Assembly: GCA_050736615.1 (NCBI GenBank)
Contig: JBOHWL010000123.1
Coordinates: forward strand, 27,384 to 91,383
DNA: 64,000 nucleotides
Origin: Candidatus Binataceae bacterium
Lineage (GTDB): Bacteria > Desulfobacterota > Binatia > Binatales > Binataceae
Reading direction: 5' to 3'
The translations under genes and the position numbers were made by a program. Under the pieces are notes generated by a model that had not been told where the DNA came from, made no database searches, and saw nothing but the letters and a program-made list of their open reading frames with translations. How positions within the stretch are numbered: the first letter of the stretch is position 1; the number at the start of each line of letters is the position of its first letter. Positions 39,834-50,420 of the stretch are shown in pieces.

Positions 39834-40934
39834 ATGCCCAAATCAATCATTTCCGCCGACTCACATATCACCGAGCCGCCGGGCTGCTACGTCGATCGGA
39901 TCGACCATAAGTACAAGGACACCGCGCCCAAGATGGTGCATGACGACAAGCTGGGCGACCTGTTCGTCATCGACGGCATACGCAAGCCTATTGCCATGGG
40001 GCTAGTGGCGGCGGCCGGCCAGAAATCCAGCGAGTTGGCGATGTTCGGTGCTAAATTCGAGGACTTGCATCGCGGTGGCTGGGACCCCGAGGCTCGCATG
40101 GCGGATCAGGACCGGGACGGTGTGGCGGCCGAGGTTATTTATCCCACCATCGGCATGATGCTGTGCAATCACCCCGATTACGATTACAAAAAGGCCTGCT
40201 TCGACGCCTACAACATCTGGATTACGGAGTATTCCGGCGCCCATCCGGATCGTTTGATCGGATTGGGACAGACCGCGATGCGTTCGGTTGAGGAAGGTAT
40301 CGAGGACCTGCGCAAGATGAAGGCGATGGGCTTGCGCGGGGTGATGATGCCGGGCAATCCGCAGGTTTCCGACTACGACGATCCGATCTACGACCCGTTC
40401 TGGCAAGCCGTGGTTGATATGGACATGCCGCTGAGCTTCCACATTCTCACCAGCAAGCAGGATAATTTCAAAACGCGCGGACCGCGCATCAACGGCTTTC
40501 TATCGATCATCCGCGGTAATCAGGACCTGATTGGAATGTTCATTTTCGGCGGCGTGTTCGAACGTCATCCGAAGCTCAAACTGGTTTGCGTGGAGGCGGA
40601 CGCCGGCTGGGTGCCGCATTACATGTATCGTATGGACCACGCCTACGATCGCCATCGCTCCTGGATGCTCAAGGGCCGCGAGTTAGCTAAGATGCCGTCG
40701 GAATATTTCCGCGAGCACGTTTATACGACCTTCCAGGATGATTGGGTGGCCTTCCGCATGAAGGATATGTGCAACTTCCGCCGCCTGATGTGGGCCAATG
40801 ATTTCCCCCATAGCGATTCCACCTGGCCCTGGTCGCAGGAGCTGCTCAAGGAGCATACCAAGCATCTGAACCAGGAAGAGAAGGACGCCATTCTCCACGA
40901 CAATGTCGCGGAGTTGTACCACCTCGCCATCTAG
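39834..40934 (+). CDS. Amidohydrolase-2 family protein (ACMSD-like metal-dependent hydrolase/decarboxylase)
   Basis: IISADSHITEPP..., DWDPEARMADQDRDGVAAEVIYP, ANDFPHSD. RBS GGAGGA upstream of ATG 39834. Confidence 0.8.
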   Translation: MPKSIISADSHITEPPGCYVDRIDHKYKDTAPKMVHDDKLGDLFVIDGIRKPIAMGLVAAAGQKSSELAMFGAKFEDLHRGGWDPEARMADQDRDGVAAEVIYPTIGMMLCNHPDYDYKKACFDAYNIWITEYSGAHPDRLIGLGQTAMRSVEEGIEDLRKMKAMGLRGVMMPGNPQVSDYDDPIYDPFWQAVVDMDMPLSFHILTSKQDNFKTRGPRINGFLSIIRGNQDLIGMFIFGGVFERHPKLKLVCVEADAGWVPHYMYRMDHAYDRHRSWMLKGRELAKMPSEYFREHVYTTFQDDWVAFRMKDMCNFRRLMWANDFPHSDSTWPWSQELLKEHTKHLNQEEKDAILHDNVAELYHLAI

Positions 40935-41109
40935 GACCGGCAACCGCCCTGACGAAGGCCGGCGTCGAAGATAACTCAGTTCCTCCTCCGGGCCGTGACC
41001 GGGGGAGGAGTTCGACTGTCGCGTCGCGCGGCGGCCCGCGCTAAATGAGCCGGGTCGCCGTGAAATGGTGGCTTTATAACCGCGCGTCTTTTCGAAGGAG
41101 AACACGACG

Positions 41110-42228
41110 ATGTCGAAGGTGATTGACGCGGACGGCCATATCGTCGAACCGCGCGCGCTCTGGAATGAGTACACCGACGCCGCCTTCCGTGAGCGTGTGC
41201 CGCAGATTACCAAGGACTCCACTGGCATTGACCGTTTCAGGTACGAGGGCCACGTCGCCGAACAAAGTATCTATGCGCCCGCCGCGATGTGTATTCCGGG
41301 CGGCTTGAGCCGGCCCGAGCTGACGCGAGAACTGTCATGGGACAATCTACGGCCGGGCAGCTATGATCCGCATGCGCGCATTCGCGACATGGATGCGGAG
41401 GGTATCGATATCTCCTTCCTCTATCCGTCGATCGGCATGGGCTTCGCGTCGATCCGGGATGTGGAATTGGCGATTGCGGCTTGCCGGGCCTACAACAACT
41501 GGATGGATGATTTTTGCCGTCCTTATAAGGACCGTCTCTTCAGTATCGCGCCGATTCCACTGCAGAACGTTGAGGCCGGTGTCGCCGAGATGCGTCGTGT
41601 GGTCAGGGACCACGGCGTGCGCGCGGTGATGGTGCGGCCGAATCCCTACAATCGCACCCGCCTGCTGAGCGACGCCGCCTACGATCCGTTCTGGTCCGAG
41701 GCGCAGGAGCTCGACTGCACCATCGCGATCCATAGCGCAATCATGGGCGATATGCCGACGGCGGGCTTCGACCGTTATCACGATTTTTTCCAGCGCATGA
41801 TCATTTCGCATCCGCTGGAGCAGCAGATGGCCTGTATGGACCTGATTTGTGGTGGCGTGCTGGAACGCTATCCGCGGTTGCGTGTGGCGTTTCTCGAAGC
41901 GGGCGGCGGATGGGTTCCGTATTGGCTCAGCCGTCTCGATGAGTTTCACGGCAAGATTGGCCATATGGTGCCAAAGGCGAAATTGCGGCCCAGCGAATAT
42001 TTCCGCCGCCAATGTTTCTGCTCGTGCGAACCCGATGATATCGCGATCAAAACCGCCGAGGCCCTGGGTGCGGACGAATTCCTGATGTGGGCCTCGGATT
42101 ACCCGCATTATGACTGCACTTTTCCGGGCGCGGTCAAAGAATTGCGCGAAACCTGCGCCGGATTGCCGGCGCGGGCGCGAAACGGCATCATGGGCGACAA
42201 CGCCGCCCGCTGCTACGGCCTGCTGTGA
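41110..42228 (+). CDS. Amidohydrolase-2 family protein (paralog of the upstream gene)
   Basis: VIDADGHIVEP, ARIRDMDAEGIDISFLYPS, ASDYPHYD. Confidence 0.8.
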   Translation: MSKVIDADGHIVEPRALWNEYTDAAFRERVPQITKDSTGIDRFRYEGHVAEQSIYAPAAMCIPGGLSRPELTRELSWDNLRPGSYDPHARIRDMDAEGIDISFLYPSIGMGFASIRDVELAIAACRAYNNWMDDFCRPYKDRLFSIAPIPLQNVEAGVAEMRRVVRDHGVRAVMVRPNPYNRTRLLSDAAYDPFWSEAQELDCTIAIHSAIMGDMPTAGFDRYHDFFQRMIISHPLEQQMACMDLICGGVLERYPRLRVAFLEAGGGWVPYWLSRLDEFHGKIGHMVPKAKLRPSEYFRRQCFCSCEPDDIAIKTAEALGADEFLMWASDYPHYDCTFPGAVKELRETCAGLPARARNGIMGDNAARCYGLL

Positions 42229-42294
42229 TCAACGCTGGCGCTCGCGAAACCACAAGCTTTTGCAATATCCAGAAAATAAGCGGCCGCTCCAGGA

Positions 42295-42590
42295 TGACTT
42301 TCGTCATTTCGAGCGGGCTGCCGAAGATCCTTCGCTGCGCTCGGAGCGTGTGAATTTTTTTGTGCCATCCTGAGCCGGCGAGCAGCGTGAGCGACGTCGA
42401 AGGACCTCGCGCGGCGCTCCTTGCGTATTCAGCGAGCATTCGCTATTTGACGCGTGCGGGAGCACGCGAGGTCCTTCGCTTCGCTCAGGGATGACGGAAA
42501 AAAGTGCACGCACTGACCGCTTCGCGATTTTCCGCGGAGGTCCGAAAATTTCACACATTTTCGGATGACCGAAGGGAATTGTGCAGGCGT
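42295..42590. repeat. Composite/degenerate member of the palindromic repeat family with a nested second palindrome (CCATCCTGAGC...GCTCAGGGATGAC)
   Basis: GTCATTTCGAGCGGGCTGCCGAAGATCCTTCGCTGCGCTCGGAGCG plus CGCGAGGTCCTTCG arms mirrored around 42420-42470. Ends with ...GAATTGTGCAGGCGTTCCC, similar to the CTTGTGCAGAGCTTCC tail of other copies. Confidence 0.6.
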
Positions 42591-42629
42591 TCCCAAGCCT
42601 AACCGCTGCTCAAGAAGGTACCCGCCGCG

Positions 42630-43397
42630 CTATTCCCCCAACGTGCTGGCGAGTTTTTGTTGCTTGGCCTTCAACTCCGCGACCAATTTGTCGTATCCCT
42701 CCATATTGATCACGCGATTGAATTGGTTGCGGTAATTGGCCACTACGCTGATTGAATCCAACGTCAGGTCGTATACCCGCCAGCCATTATTTTCCCGCTT
42801 CATCAGATAGTTGACCTTCACCGGACTCGAATTGTTGCTCAGAATGACTTCGCTACAAACTTCGACATAGCCCGGCGCGAGCGTGATCTCTTTGGTGAAT
42901 TTGACATTTACCGTCGCGATCTCATGCTGGACTTTTTGCACATTGTAGTCCTGCAATTTGCTCAGATAGATATCCTCGATGAAATCGGTAAAAAGCGGCA
43001 CGAAGGCCGCGCGCTGCGCTGGCGTCAATTGCTTCCAATGACGGCCCATTACCGAACGCGACATTTGCTCGAAATCGAAATGCTGGGCGGCGAGCTCACG
43101 CAACTGACGGCGCCGCTCGGTAATGGCCATTTGATGGTCGTCGAAGACCGCCGCCGCTTGATTGATGGCGGTCGTAATCTGATGGACCGGGTCGTTTGGC
43201 CCGGCTTGAAAGGCGCCCGGTTGGATACTCACGGTCAGCGCATTGGCCGTAACTACTCCGCCGGCCGCGGTAACCACCAGCGTCAGTAGTACGATTGCGG
43301 TTTGGGCAAGACGGACCACGCGGCCGCGCGCGCCAAGTCTCGCCGCCGCCCTCGTCGAGCGGGGGTACGATTTCACGCCTGTCATTATCGGCGCCAT
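42630..43397 (-). CDS. mlaC: MlaC/Ttg2D family phospholipid-binding periplasmic protein
   Basis: ...LRELAAQHFDFEQMSRSVMGRHWKQLTPAQRAAFVPLFTDFIEDIYLSKL...NGWRVYDLTLDSISVVANYRNQF is the MlaC family. The signal-peptide start is uncertain. Confidence 0.65.
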   Translation of the reverse strand: MAPIMTGVKSYPRSTRAAARLGARGRVVRLAQTAIVLLTLVVTAAGGVVTANALTVSIQPGAFQAGPNDPVHQITTAINQAAAVFDDHQMAITERRRQLRELAAQHFDFEQMSRSVMGRHWKQLTPAQRAAFVPLFTDFIEDIYLSKLQDYNVQKVQHEIATVNVKFTKEITLAPGYVEVCSEVILSNNSSPVKVNYLMKRENNGWRVYDLTLDSISVVANYRNQFNRVINMEGYDKLVAELKAKQQKLASTLGE

Positions 43398-43555
43398 GTT
43401 GAATCCAATCATCCAATCTCGCAAAGGTGCATGAATCGCGGCGTTGTAGGCCGGCACGCTCGTTTGGGAACGCGGCGGACCTGATAACGATACGCCGGTA
43501 GGTCGCGAGCGGCTCGCCTGAAAATCGTCTTGAGTGCGCGATTTCACACGGCGAC

Positions 43556-45535
43556 TCAGGCGATGCGGGGGATGTGTTCGAGGGCGGCGGGATTTTCGAG
43601 CGCCGAAATATCGCCGGGTGGCTGGCCCATATGGACTGCGCGCAGCACCCGCCGCATCACCTTGGCGTTGCGCGTCTTGGGCAAATCGGACACAAAATAT
43701 ACCGCATGCGGACGCAACGGCTTGCCCAGCGCCTGCGCGACCGCGTTGGCGATTTCGTCCGCCAGCTCCGATGACGCCGCGATCTCCGGCAACAGCACCG
43801 CGAACACCACCGGGACCTCGCCCTTGGTGCGATCAGGCACCCCTATCGCGGCGGCTTCCTTGACCGCCGGATGACGCCCCGCGGCGGATTCAACCTCCGC
43901 TGGTCCGAGGCGCTTGCCCGCGACTTTCAACGTATCGTCCGAGCGTCCGAGCAGGAGCCAATCGCCGTCGCTGTCCACGCGCGCCCAGTCGCCATGCACC
44001 CAGACGTTATCGAAGCGGCTCCAATAAGTCTCCAGATAGCGCGCGCGATCCTGCCAGAAGCCATCGGTCATGCCCGGCCAGGTGTTCATTACCGCCAACT
44101 CGCCGACCTCATCGACCACCGGATTACCGTGCTCATCGAGCGCGGCCGCCGCGATACCCGGCACGGCGGTATTGAACCCGCAGGGCTTGATCGGCCGGAA
44201 CACCGTGCATCCGAGCAATCCGCCGGAAATTTCAGTCCCGCCCGAGTAATTGATGATTGGAACCTGGCGCCGGCCCGCGTTTTCGAACAACCACATGTAA
44301 GCTTCCGGACTCCACACTTCGCCGGTCGAGCCGAGAATCCGCAACGAACCGAGGTCGTGGCGCCTCAGCGGCTCAACGCCACTGGGTACGAGCGCCCGCA
44401 CGAGCGTGGGTGAGATGCCGAGATGAGTCACGCGATGCCGTTCGACCATGCTCCAGATACGGTCAGGTTGAGGCCAATCTGGTGCGCCTTCGTACAAAAA
44501 AACGGTGGCCCCGATGGTCAACGCTCCGATGATCAGCCACGGACCCATCATCCAGCCCATATCCGTGAACCAGAACATCACTTCGCCTGGGCGCAAATCG
44601 AACAGATGGGCCATGTCTTGCGCGGCTTTGAGCGGAAAGCCGGTGTGGTAATGGACCGTGCCTTTGGGCCGTCCGGTGGTGCCCGAGGTGTAGATGAGCA
44701 TGAACGGGTCCATGCTCTCCATCGGTTCGGCCGCCGCCGTGCTACTTTCCGCCGCGACGATTTCATCCCAGTACGGCCCGCGGCTTGCGGCGTCATGCTT
44801 CATCCGGCGGACGACTAGCACATTTTTTAAGCCAGCGCGATCGGCGGCTATGCGGGCACTTGCTTCGAGCGCAACGACTTGTCCGCGACGGTAAAATCCG
44901 TCGGTGGTGATCAGCATTTTCGCCGCCGAATCCTTAAGCCGCACGGCGGCCGCATCGGCGCCGTAACCCGAGAAAATCGGCACGAAAATGGCGCCAATCC
45001 GGGCCAGCGCCAGCGCCGCGATCGCGGTTTCCGGCACCATTGGCATGAACAGCCCGACGCGATCGCCCTTGCCGAGGCCAAGACGGCGCAAAGCGCTGGC
45101 GGCACGCGCCGTTTCATCCGCCAATTCGGCATACGTCAGGCGTACGACGGCGCCGTCCTCGCCTTCCCAGATAAGCGCGGCCTGACCTGCCCGTGGACCA
45201 TTGCAATGACGATCGAGTGCGTTATGCGCCAGATTGAGCTTGCCGTTAACAAACCATCGCGGCCACGGCTTTCCCGCCGATGTATCCGCTAAGCGCGTAT
45301 AAGGCGTGAACCATTCGACGCCGATTTCATCCAGCGTATGGCGCCAGAACGCCGCGGATTCGCTGACACTGCGCCGATAAAGTTCCGCGTACGCCAGCTC
45401 CGGATGTTCCACGTCAAGCGCGATACCCATCGCGCGCATCAGCCGCTCGAGATGGCTGCCGCGGATGTATTCGGGCCGGGGAAACCATACCGGCGCCATT
45501 GCGGCATTCACTCCCTGTGTTTTGTTTTCATCCAT
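43556..45535 (-). CDS. AMP-forming acyl-CoA synthetase, acetoacetyl-CoA synthetase-like
   Basis: YTSGTTGRPKG is the AMP-binding motif. The N-terminal region and length (about 660 aa) are typical of acetoacetate-CoA ligases. Confidence 0.75.
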   Translation of the reverse strand: MDENKTQGVNAAMAPVWFPRPEYIRGSHLERLMRAMGIALDVEHPELAYAELYRRSVSESAAFWRHTLDEIGVEWFTPYTRLADTSAGKPWPRWFVNGKLNLAHNALDRHCNGPRAGQAALIWEGEDGAVVRLTYAELADETARAASALRRLGLGKGDRVGLFMPMVPETAIAALALARIGAIFVPIFSGYGADAAAVRLKDSAAKMLITTDGFYRRGQVVALEASARIAADRAGLKNVLVVRRMKHDAASRGPYWDEIVAAESSTAAAEPMESMDPFMLIYTSGTTGRPKGTVHYHTGFPLKAAQDMAHLFDLRPGEVMFWFTDMGWMMGPWLIIGALTIGATVFLYEGAPDWPQPDRIWSMVERHRVTHLGISPTLVRALVPSGVEPLRRHDLGSLRILGSTGEVWSPEAYMWLFENAGRRQVPIINYSGGTEISGGLLGCTVFRPIKPCGFNTAVPGIAAAALDEHGNPVVDEVGELAVMNTWPGMTDGFWQDRARYLETYWSRFDNVWVHGDWARVDSDGDWLLLGRSDDTLKVAGKRLGPAEVESAAGRHPAVKEAAAIGVPDRTKGEVPVVFAVLLPEIAASSELADEIANAVAQALGKPLRPHAVYFVSDLPKTRNAKVMRRVLRAVHMGQPPGDISALENPAALEHIPRIA

Positions 45536-45694
45536 AATTTGTCGCGGCCGTGCCATTTAATCCGCGCTCGAGGTTCAAGCGAAATGCGCAAGCGCTATTC
45601 TAACCGCTTAATCCGTCGAGCAGAACGGAAAGCGGTTGCGCGCGCACGATGGTTACAAGCCTAATTGTTCCGATAACGGTGGCCAACGATCGGC

Positions 45695-45990
45695 CTAGGG
45701 ATGTGCCGCCTCATACGCGGCTGAGGCGCGCAGAACCATCGCATCGTCCAGATGGCGGCCGACAATCTGCAGGCCTGCCGGCAGACCGTCCGCAATCCAT
45801 CCGGCGGGAACGCTGGCGGCCGGCTGACCGGTCAGGTTGATTGGAAAGGTGAACGCGAGCCATTGTTCGGGACGCACGTAATGGCCGCCGACACGCTCGG
45901 GTCCCTGCATATGCACTGGAAATTTCATTATTGCGCGCCATACCGGCGGATCGTAAGGTGATGCCGCGCGGAGTGCAATTATCGCGGATA
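45695..45990 (-). pseudogene. Amidase C-terminal fragment (relic of a second amidase gene)
   Basis: ...FTFPINLTGQPAASVPAGWIADGLPAGLQIVGRHLDDAMVLRASAAYEAA parallels the C-terminus of the adjacent full amidase (FTGPWNITGQPAISLPLHMTADGLPVGVQFVGAYGREDLLLQLA). No upstream amidase-signature region is present. Confidence 0.5.
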
Positions 45991-46010
45991 GCCGGTGCCC
46001 ACCGGAACGC

Positions 46011-47531
46011 TCACGCGTGAATCCGTGGCAGGCGTCCGCTCCATGGCGCCGCCTGCTCGATTTGAGTTGCGAGCTGCAAGAGCAGATCCTCACGTCCGTA
46101 CGCGCCAACGAATTGCACGCCCACTGGCAGGCCATCGGCGGTCATATGCAAGGGCAGCGAGATGGCGGGCTGGCCGGTGATATTCCATGGACCGGTGAAG
46201 GGAATGAGTTGATTAATGCGCCGGCCGATGTTCCACACGTTTTCGTCGTCATGACGCTTGTAGGTTCCGAGCAACGGTGGCGGCGCGGACAGGGTCGGCG
46301 TCACTAAAATGTCGAAGCCGCGCGTCTTCATCTTTAACGCGGCTCGCGGACTCGCCTGCTCGGCTTCGCTGCGCTCCGCCTGGCACCACCAGTCCGCCGC
46401 CGCTCGCGTATACGTGTTCATCCATTCGCAGGTCGCGATGTAATCGGTTGCCGCGATGCGCCGTCCGCGCTCGATCAGCGCCCAGGTCCATTCTTCGAAA
46501 TCATGCGGACCAACCCGCCGTCCCAGCCATTGCTCGGCGAGGTTGACGAAAGCCGCTTCATGACAAGCGATAAGCTTGCCCATATGTGAATCGATGGTGG
46601 GATCGTCGAGGGCGGCGGGGAACGCTGGTTCAACCTGATGTCCCAGTGATTCCAGCAGCTTGGCCGCTTGGATGACCGCGCTGACACATTCATTATGCAG
46701 CGCCGGATGGGCTGATGGCGCGCGCTCCATGAAGCCGATGCGCAGCCGCCCGGGCGCCCGCGTGATTTCGTCGCGATAGGGACGCGACGGCGGCGACGCG
46801 CTGAATGGATCGCCCGGCATGCGGCCGGCGATCACGTCGAAAATCGCGGCGAGGTCGCGCACCGAACGCGTCAACACGCCTTCTTCACACAGGCCATGCC
46901 AGAAATCGCCATAAAGCGGACCTAAAGAAGTGCGCCCGCGCGACGGCTTCATCCCGACCAGGCCGCATTTGCTCGCCGGAATTCTGATCGAGCCACCCGC
47001 GTCATTGCCATGCGCCGCCGGCACCATCATGGCCGCGCCGGCCGCGCCCGCGCCGCCACTGGAACCGCCGGCCGAACGGACCGGATCCCATGGATTGCGC
47101 GTCGCGCCCCACGCGTTGGTCTCGGTCGAAATCGACGCGCCCCATTCGGGCACGGTGGTTTGTCCCAGGATGATAAAGCCGGCTTGACGGAATTTGGCGG
47201 CTATAAAGGACGTGACAGGTGCCGCGAGGCCAGCGTCCTTGAGCGGCTGCCAGCCCCAACTGAAGGGCTCGCCCTCGATACTCTGTATCAGGTCCTTTAA
47301 TAAAAATGGCACACCGCGAAACGGCGCGTTACCGCGTATGGCCGCCCGGGCTTCATCGCGCGCCTTTTCAAAGCGCGGAAAAATGACGCAATTGAGTTGC
47401 GGGTTGAGCCGTTCAATACGTTCAATCGCGGCGTCGACCAGTTCAATCGGCGCGAGCTCTCCGCGCGCGACCAACTCCGCCTGGGCAGTAGCGTCCAGCG
47501 CGGCTAATTCCGACATGCTCGTTGTCTTCAC
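46011..47531 (-). CDS. Amidase (amidase-signature family)
   Basis: GGSSGGAGAAGAAMMVPAAHGNDAGGSIRIPAS is the AS-family signature. 506 aa. Confidence 0.85.
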   Translation of the reverse strand: MKTTSMSELAALDATAQAELVARGELAPIELVDAAIERIERLNPQLNCVIFPRFEKARDEARAAIRGNAPFRGVPFLLKDLIQSIEGEPFSWGWQPLKDAGLAAPVTSFIAAKFRQAGFIILGQTTVPEWGASISTETNAWGATRNPWDPVRSAGGSSGGAGAAGAAMMVPAAHGNDAGGSIRIPASKCGLVGMKPSRGRTSLGPLYGDFWHGLCEEGVLTRSVRDLAAIFDVIAGRMPGDPFSASPPSRPYRDEITRAPGRLRIGFMERAPSAHPALHNECVSAVIQAAKLLESLGHQVEPAFPAALDDPTIDSHMGKLIACHEAAFVNLAEQWLGRRVGPHDFEEWTWALIERGRRIAATDYIATCEWMNTYTRAAADWWCQAERSEAEQASPRAALKMKTRGFDILVTPTLSAPPPLLGTYKRHDDENVWNIGRRINQLIPFTGPWNITGQPAISLPLHMTADGLPVGVQFVGAYGREDLLLQLATQIEQAAPWSGRLPRIHA

Positions 47532-47639
47532 TGGTCAACGCACTCTCAGATTCTTAATTTCTCGCTCCGCTCGGTCATGCGCACGTCGCAGACTCCTTTG
47601 CTCGGCTTCATTTCATTTCGCCTAATGTCGACTCTAAGG

Positions 47640-48515
47640 TTAGATGCGTGCGGTCTCGCTCGGCTCGTCGATGATGCGTGCCTCAATGTGCCCGATCTTT
47701 TCAATTTCGATCCGCACGGTATCTCCCGCCTTGAGCCATTTCGGCGGCTTCATCGCGGCGGCGACACCGCTCGGCGTGCCGGTTGAAACGATCGTGCCGG
47801 GCTCGAGCGTAAACACTGTCGAGAGGGTTTCGATTTGTGCATAACAGTCGAAAATCAGGTACCTGGTGTTGGAATGCTGCCGTTCCTCGCCGTTGACCAG
47901 CGTGCGCAACTCGAGTGCGTGCGGATCGCCAAGCTCGTCCGGCGTGACGATCCAGGGGCCCGTCGGTCCATGCGTGTCCCATGATTTGCCCAGCGTCATG
48001 GTGGTGGCGCGCCGCTGCCAATCGCGCACACTCACATCGTTGACGATCATGAAGCCGGCGATAACCTCATGGGCGCGCTCACGCGGCACATGGCGGCATC
48101 GCCGTCCGATTACGAAACCCAGCTCGCCTTCATAGTCCAGCGAGCTCGACGCGCGCGGCAGATGAATCGGATCGTAGGGGCCGTTGACGCAACTGGACTG
48201 CTTGTTGAAGAACAACGGGAATTGCGGCTTGTCGCGCCCGGTTTCGGCGATATGTTCGGAATAATTGAGGCCGATGGCGAGGAATTCGGGCGGTCGCTTG
48301 ATCGGCGCTTCCAACCTGATTTGATTGAGTGCGAGGCGGTCCCCGCTTTGCCCAACGGCCTTGCGCGCGCGTTCGAGCGCGGCCGCGCCGGAGGCTAAAA
48401 ACGCCGTCATCTCGCGCGGCAACTCCGGTGCCGCCGCCGATAAGTCGACTACCGTCTCACCGTCGATTACGCCGATCCGGCTGATGCCCTGATGATTGAA
48501 TGTGGCCAGTTTCAT
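47640..48515 (-). CDS. Fumarylacetoacetate hydrolase (FAH) family protein
   Basis: MKLATFNHQGISRIGVIDGETVVDL...DYEGELGFVIG...GTPSGV is the FAH fold. Confidence 0.8.
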   Translation of the reverse strand: MKLATFNHQGISRIGVIDGETVVDLSAAAPELPREMTAFLASGAAALERARKAVGQSGDRLALNQIRLEAPIKRPPEFLAIGLNYSEHIAETGRDKPQFPLFFNKQSSCVNGPYDPIHLPRASSSLDYEGELGFVIGRRCRHVPRERAHEVIAGFMIVNDVSVRDWQRRATTMTLGKSWDTHGPTGPWIVTPDELGDPHALELRTLVNGEERQHSNTRYLIFDCYAQIETLSTVFTLEPGTIVSTGTPSGVAAAMKPPKWLKAGDTVRIEIEKIGHIEARIIDEPSETARI

Positions 48516-48705
48516 GCCGAGGCTCCTTGCCTTTGGAAACGCGGCAACTCGCGTTGGATTTCCAACCGCTCAAATCATTACTCGCTTATGCCGATGAAGA
48601 AAAACGCTCGCGCGCCGCGTGACCGGCGGTGCGCCGCGACTCAAGAGCCAATCGGTCGCGGCGCCGCTGGTTAACGCTCTTAGGGAACTTCCGCACAAGC
48701 AAATT

Positions 48706-48830
48706 TGTCATTCTGAACGGAGTCTGCGAAGTGAAGAATCCCGGCAAAAAGCCTGCATAAATAAGAAGATCCGGATTCTTCGCTGCGCTCAGAATGACAT
48801 AATCACCCCTTGTGCAGAGCTTCCTTAGAC
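48706..48830. repeat. Palindromic MITE-like repeat, copy 5 (near-perfect palindrome)
   Basis: GTCATTCTGAACGGAGTCTGCGAAGTGAAGAATCCCGG....CCGGATTCTTCGCTGCGCTCAGAATGAC followed by ATAATCACCCCTTGTGCAGAGCTTCC. Confidence 0.85.
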
Positions 48831-48983
48831 GCCATCAGCGCAAAACTTTCAGCCGCAAATTCCCGCAACGACGGGTGAAGCCGGGCCCCGTGGTTGTGGG
48901 CGTTCGGATGCTAGCGGCATTGACCTCACAGCCGTATGCGCGTGGATTTGACGCGGAGCGCCGGTCAGCCTTTAATGTGACTC

Positions 48984-50390
48984 ATGGCCGGAATTGTTTC
49001 ATACGGATCATACGTGCCCTATCGACGGCTTAAGCGCGCCGCCATTGCCGCCGTGCTCGGCACCTCCGCTGGACGCGGCGAACGCGCCGTCGCCAGTTTC
49101 GACGAGGACAGCGTCTCGATGGCGGTGGAGGCATTGCGCGATGCGCTGAAACACACCCCCGCCGCCGGTATCAATTCGCTGATTTTCGCCACCACGACGC
49201 CGCCTTACGCCGAGAAGCTCAACGCCGCGATGATCGGCGCGGCGGCGTTGTTGCCGGCTGGAATTCGCGCGGCCGACATGACCGGTTCGACGCGCGCCGG
49301 GCTGTCCGCGCTGTTGCAGGCCGCTGACGCCGCCGCCCAAGGCGGGTGCGCCGCGGCGGCGATCGCCGACTGCCGTCTGGGTGCGCCCGAGGGTAAAGCC
49401 GAGCAGAGCGGGGGTGATGGCGCCGCCGCTTTCGTCTGCGGTTCCGACAAGGTCATCGCGGAAATCGAGGCGACCGCCTCCTTCACCCGTGAATATCTCG
49501 ACACCTGGCGGATGCCAAACGAGCGCTTCGGCCACTCGTGGGAGGAGCGTTTTGCCCTCACGCAGGCCTATCAGCCGCTGTTTTCCAAAGTGATCGAGGA
49601 GGTCCTGGGCAAAGCCAAGCTCAAGCCCAATGACCTCAGCAAAGTGATACTGGATGCACCCAACCAGCGCGCCGCCGACGAGTTTATCCGCGCGCTCAAG
49701 CTTGAACCGGCCAAAGTCGCCGACTCTTTGGCCTTGACCGTGGGCCAGACGGGCGCCGCCCATGCGAGCCTGATGCTGACCGCGGTGCTACCTGCGGCCA
49801 AGCCCGGCGATCGCATCCTGGTGGCGACCGTCGCCGACGGTGCCGACGCCCTGCTCTTGCGGATGACACCGGCGGTGGCGAGCTTCAAGCCGGTTCATTC
49901 GGTTGGCCGCATGATCGAATCTAAGGGTGAAGTTTCCTACGGCAACTATCTCAAGTGGCGCGAGATTCTGCCGACCGAACCGCCGCGCCGGCCGGATCCC
50001 GAGCGGCCGGCCGGGCCGCCGATGTTGCGCGCGGAAAAATGGAAATTCGGCTTTATCGGTTCGCGCTGCACCGCCTGCGGCACGCCGCAACTACCGCCGC
50101 AGCGCGTTTGCGTCAAATGCCGCGCGCGCGATCAGATGGAGCCGTACCCGTTCGCCGATCGCGCCGCCCGCGTCGCGACCTATGCCATCGATCGCCTGGC
50201 CTATTCATTGAACCCGCCGACCATTAATGTAGTGATAGACTTCGAGGGTGGCGGGCGTTTTTTGTGTGAAATGACCGATTGCGATCCCGGCAAGGTCGCC
50301 ATCGGCGATGGAGTCGAGATGACGTTCAGGCGCCTGTTTACCGCTGACGGCGTCCACAACTATTTTTGGAAAGCGCGCCCCAAGCGTTAG
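48984..50390 (+). CDS. Fusion of HMG-CoA-synthase-like (thiolase-fold) domain and DUF35 (zinc-ribbon plus OB-fold) domain
   Basis: N-terminal MAGIVSYGSYVPYRRL is an HMGCS-like start. The C-terminus carries CTACGTPQLPPQRVCVKC (zinc-ribbon), then an OB-fold. In archaea and some bacteria DUF35 scaffolds thiolase/HMGCS. Confidence 0.65.
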   Translation: MAGIVSYGSYVPYRRLKRAAIAAVLGTSAGRGERAVASFDEDSVSMAVEALRDALKHTPAAGINSLIFATTTPPYAEKLNAAMIGAAALLPAGIRAADMTGSTRAGLSALLQAADAAAQGGCAAAAIADCRLGAPEGKAEQSGGDGAAAFVCGSDKVIAEIEATASFTREYLDTWRMPNERFGHSWEERFALTQAYQPLFSKVIEEVLGKAKLKPNDLSKVILDAPNQRAADEFIRALKLEPAKVADSLALTVGQTGAAHASLMLTAVLPAAKPGDRILVATVADGADALLLRMTPAVASFKPVHSVGRMIESKGEVSYGNYLKWREILPTEPPRRPDPERPAGPPMLRAEKWKFGFIGSRCTACGTPQLPPQRVCVKCRARDQMEPYPFADRAARVATYAIDRLAYSLNPPTINVVIDFEGGGRFLCEMTDCDPGKVAIGDGVEMTFRRLFTADGVHNYFWKARPKR

Positions 50391-50420
50391 CCGGGGACGG
50401 AACTTCGAGGAGGTATTTAG

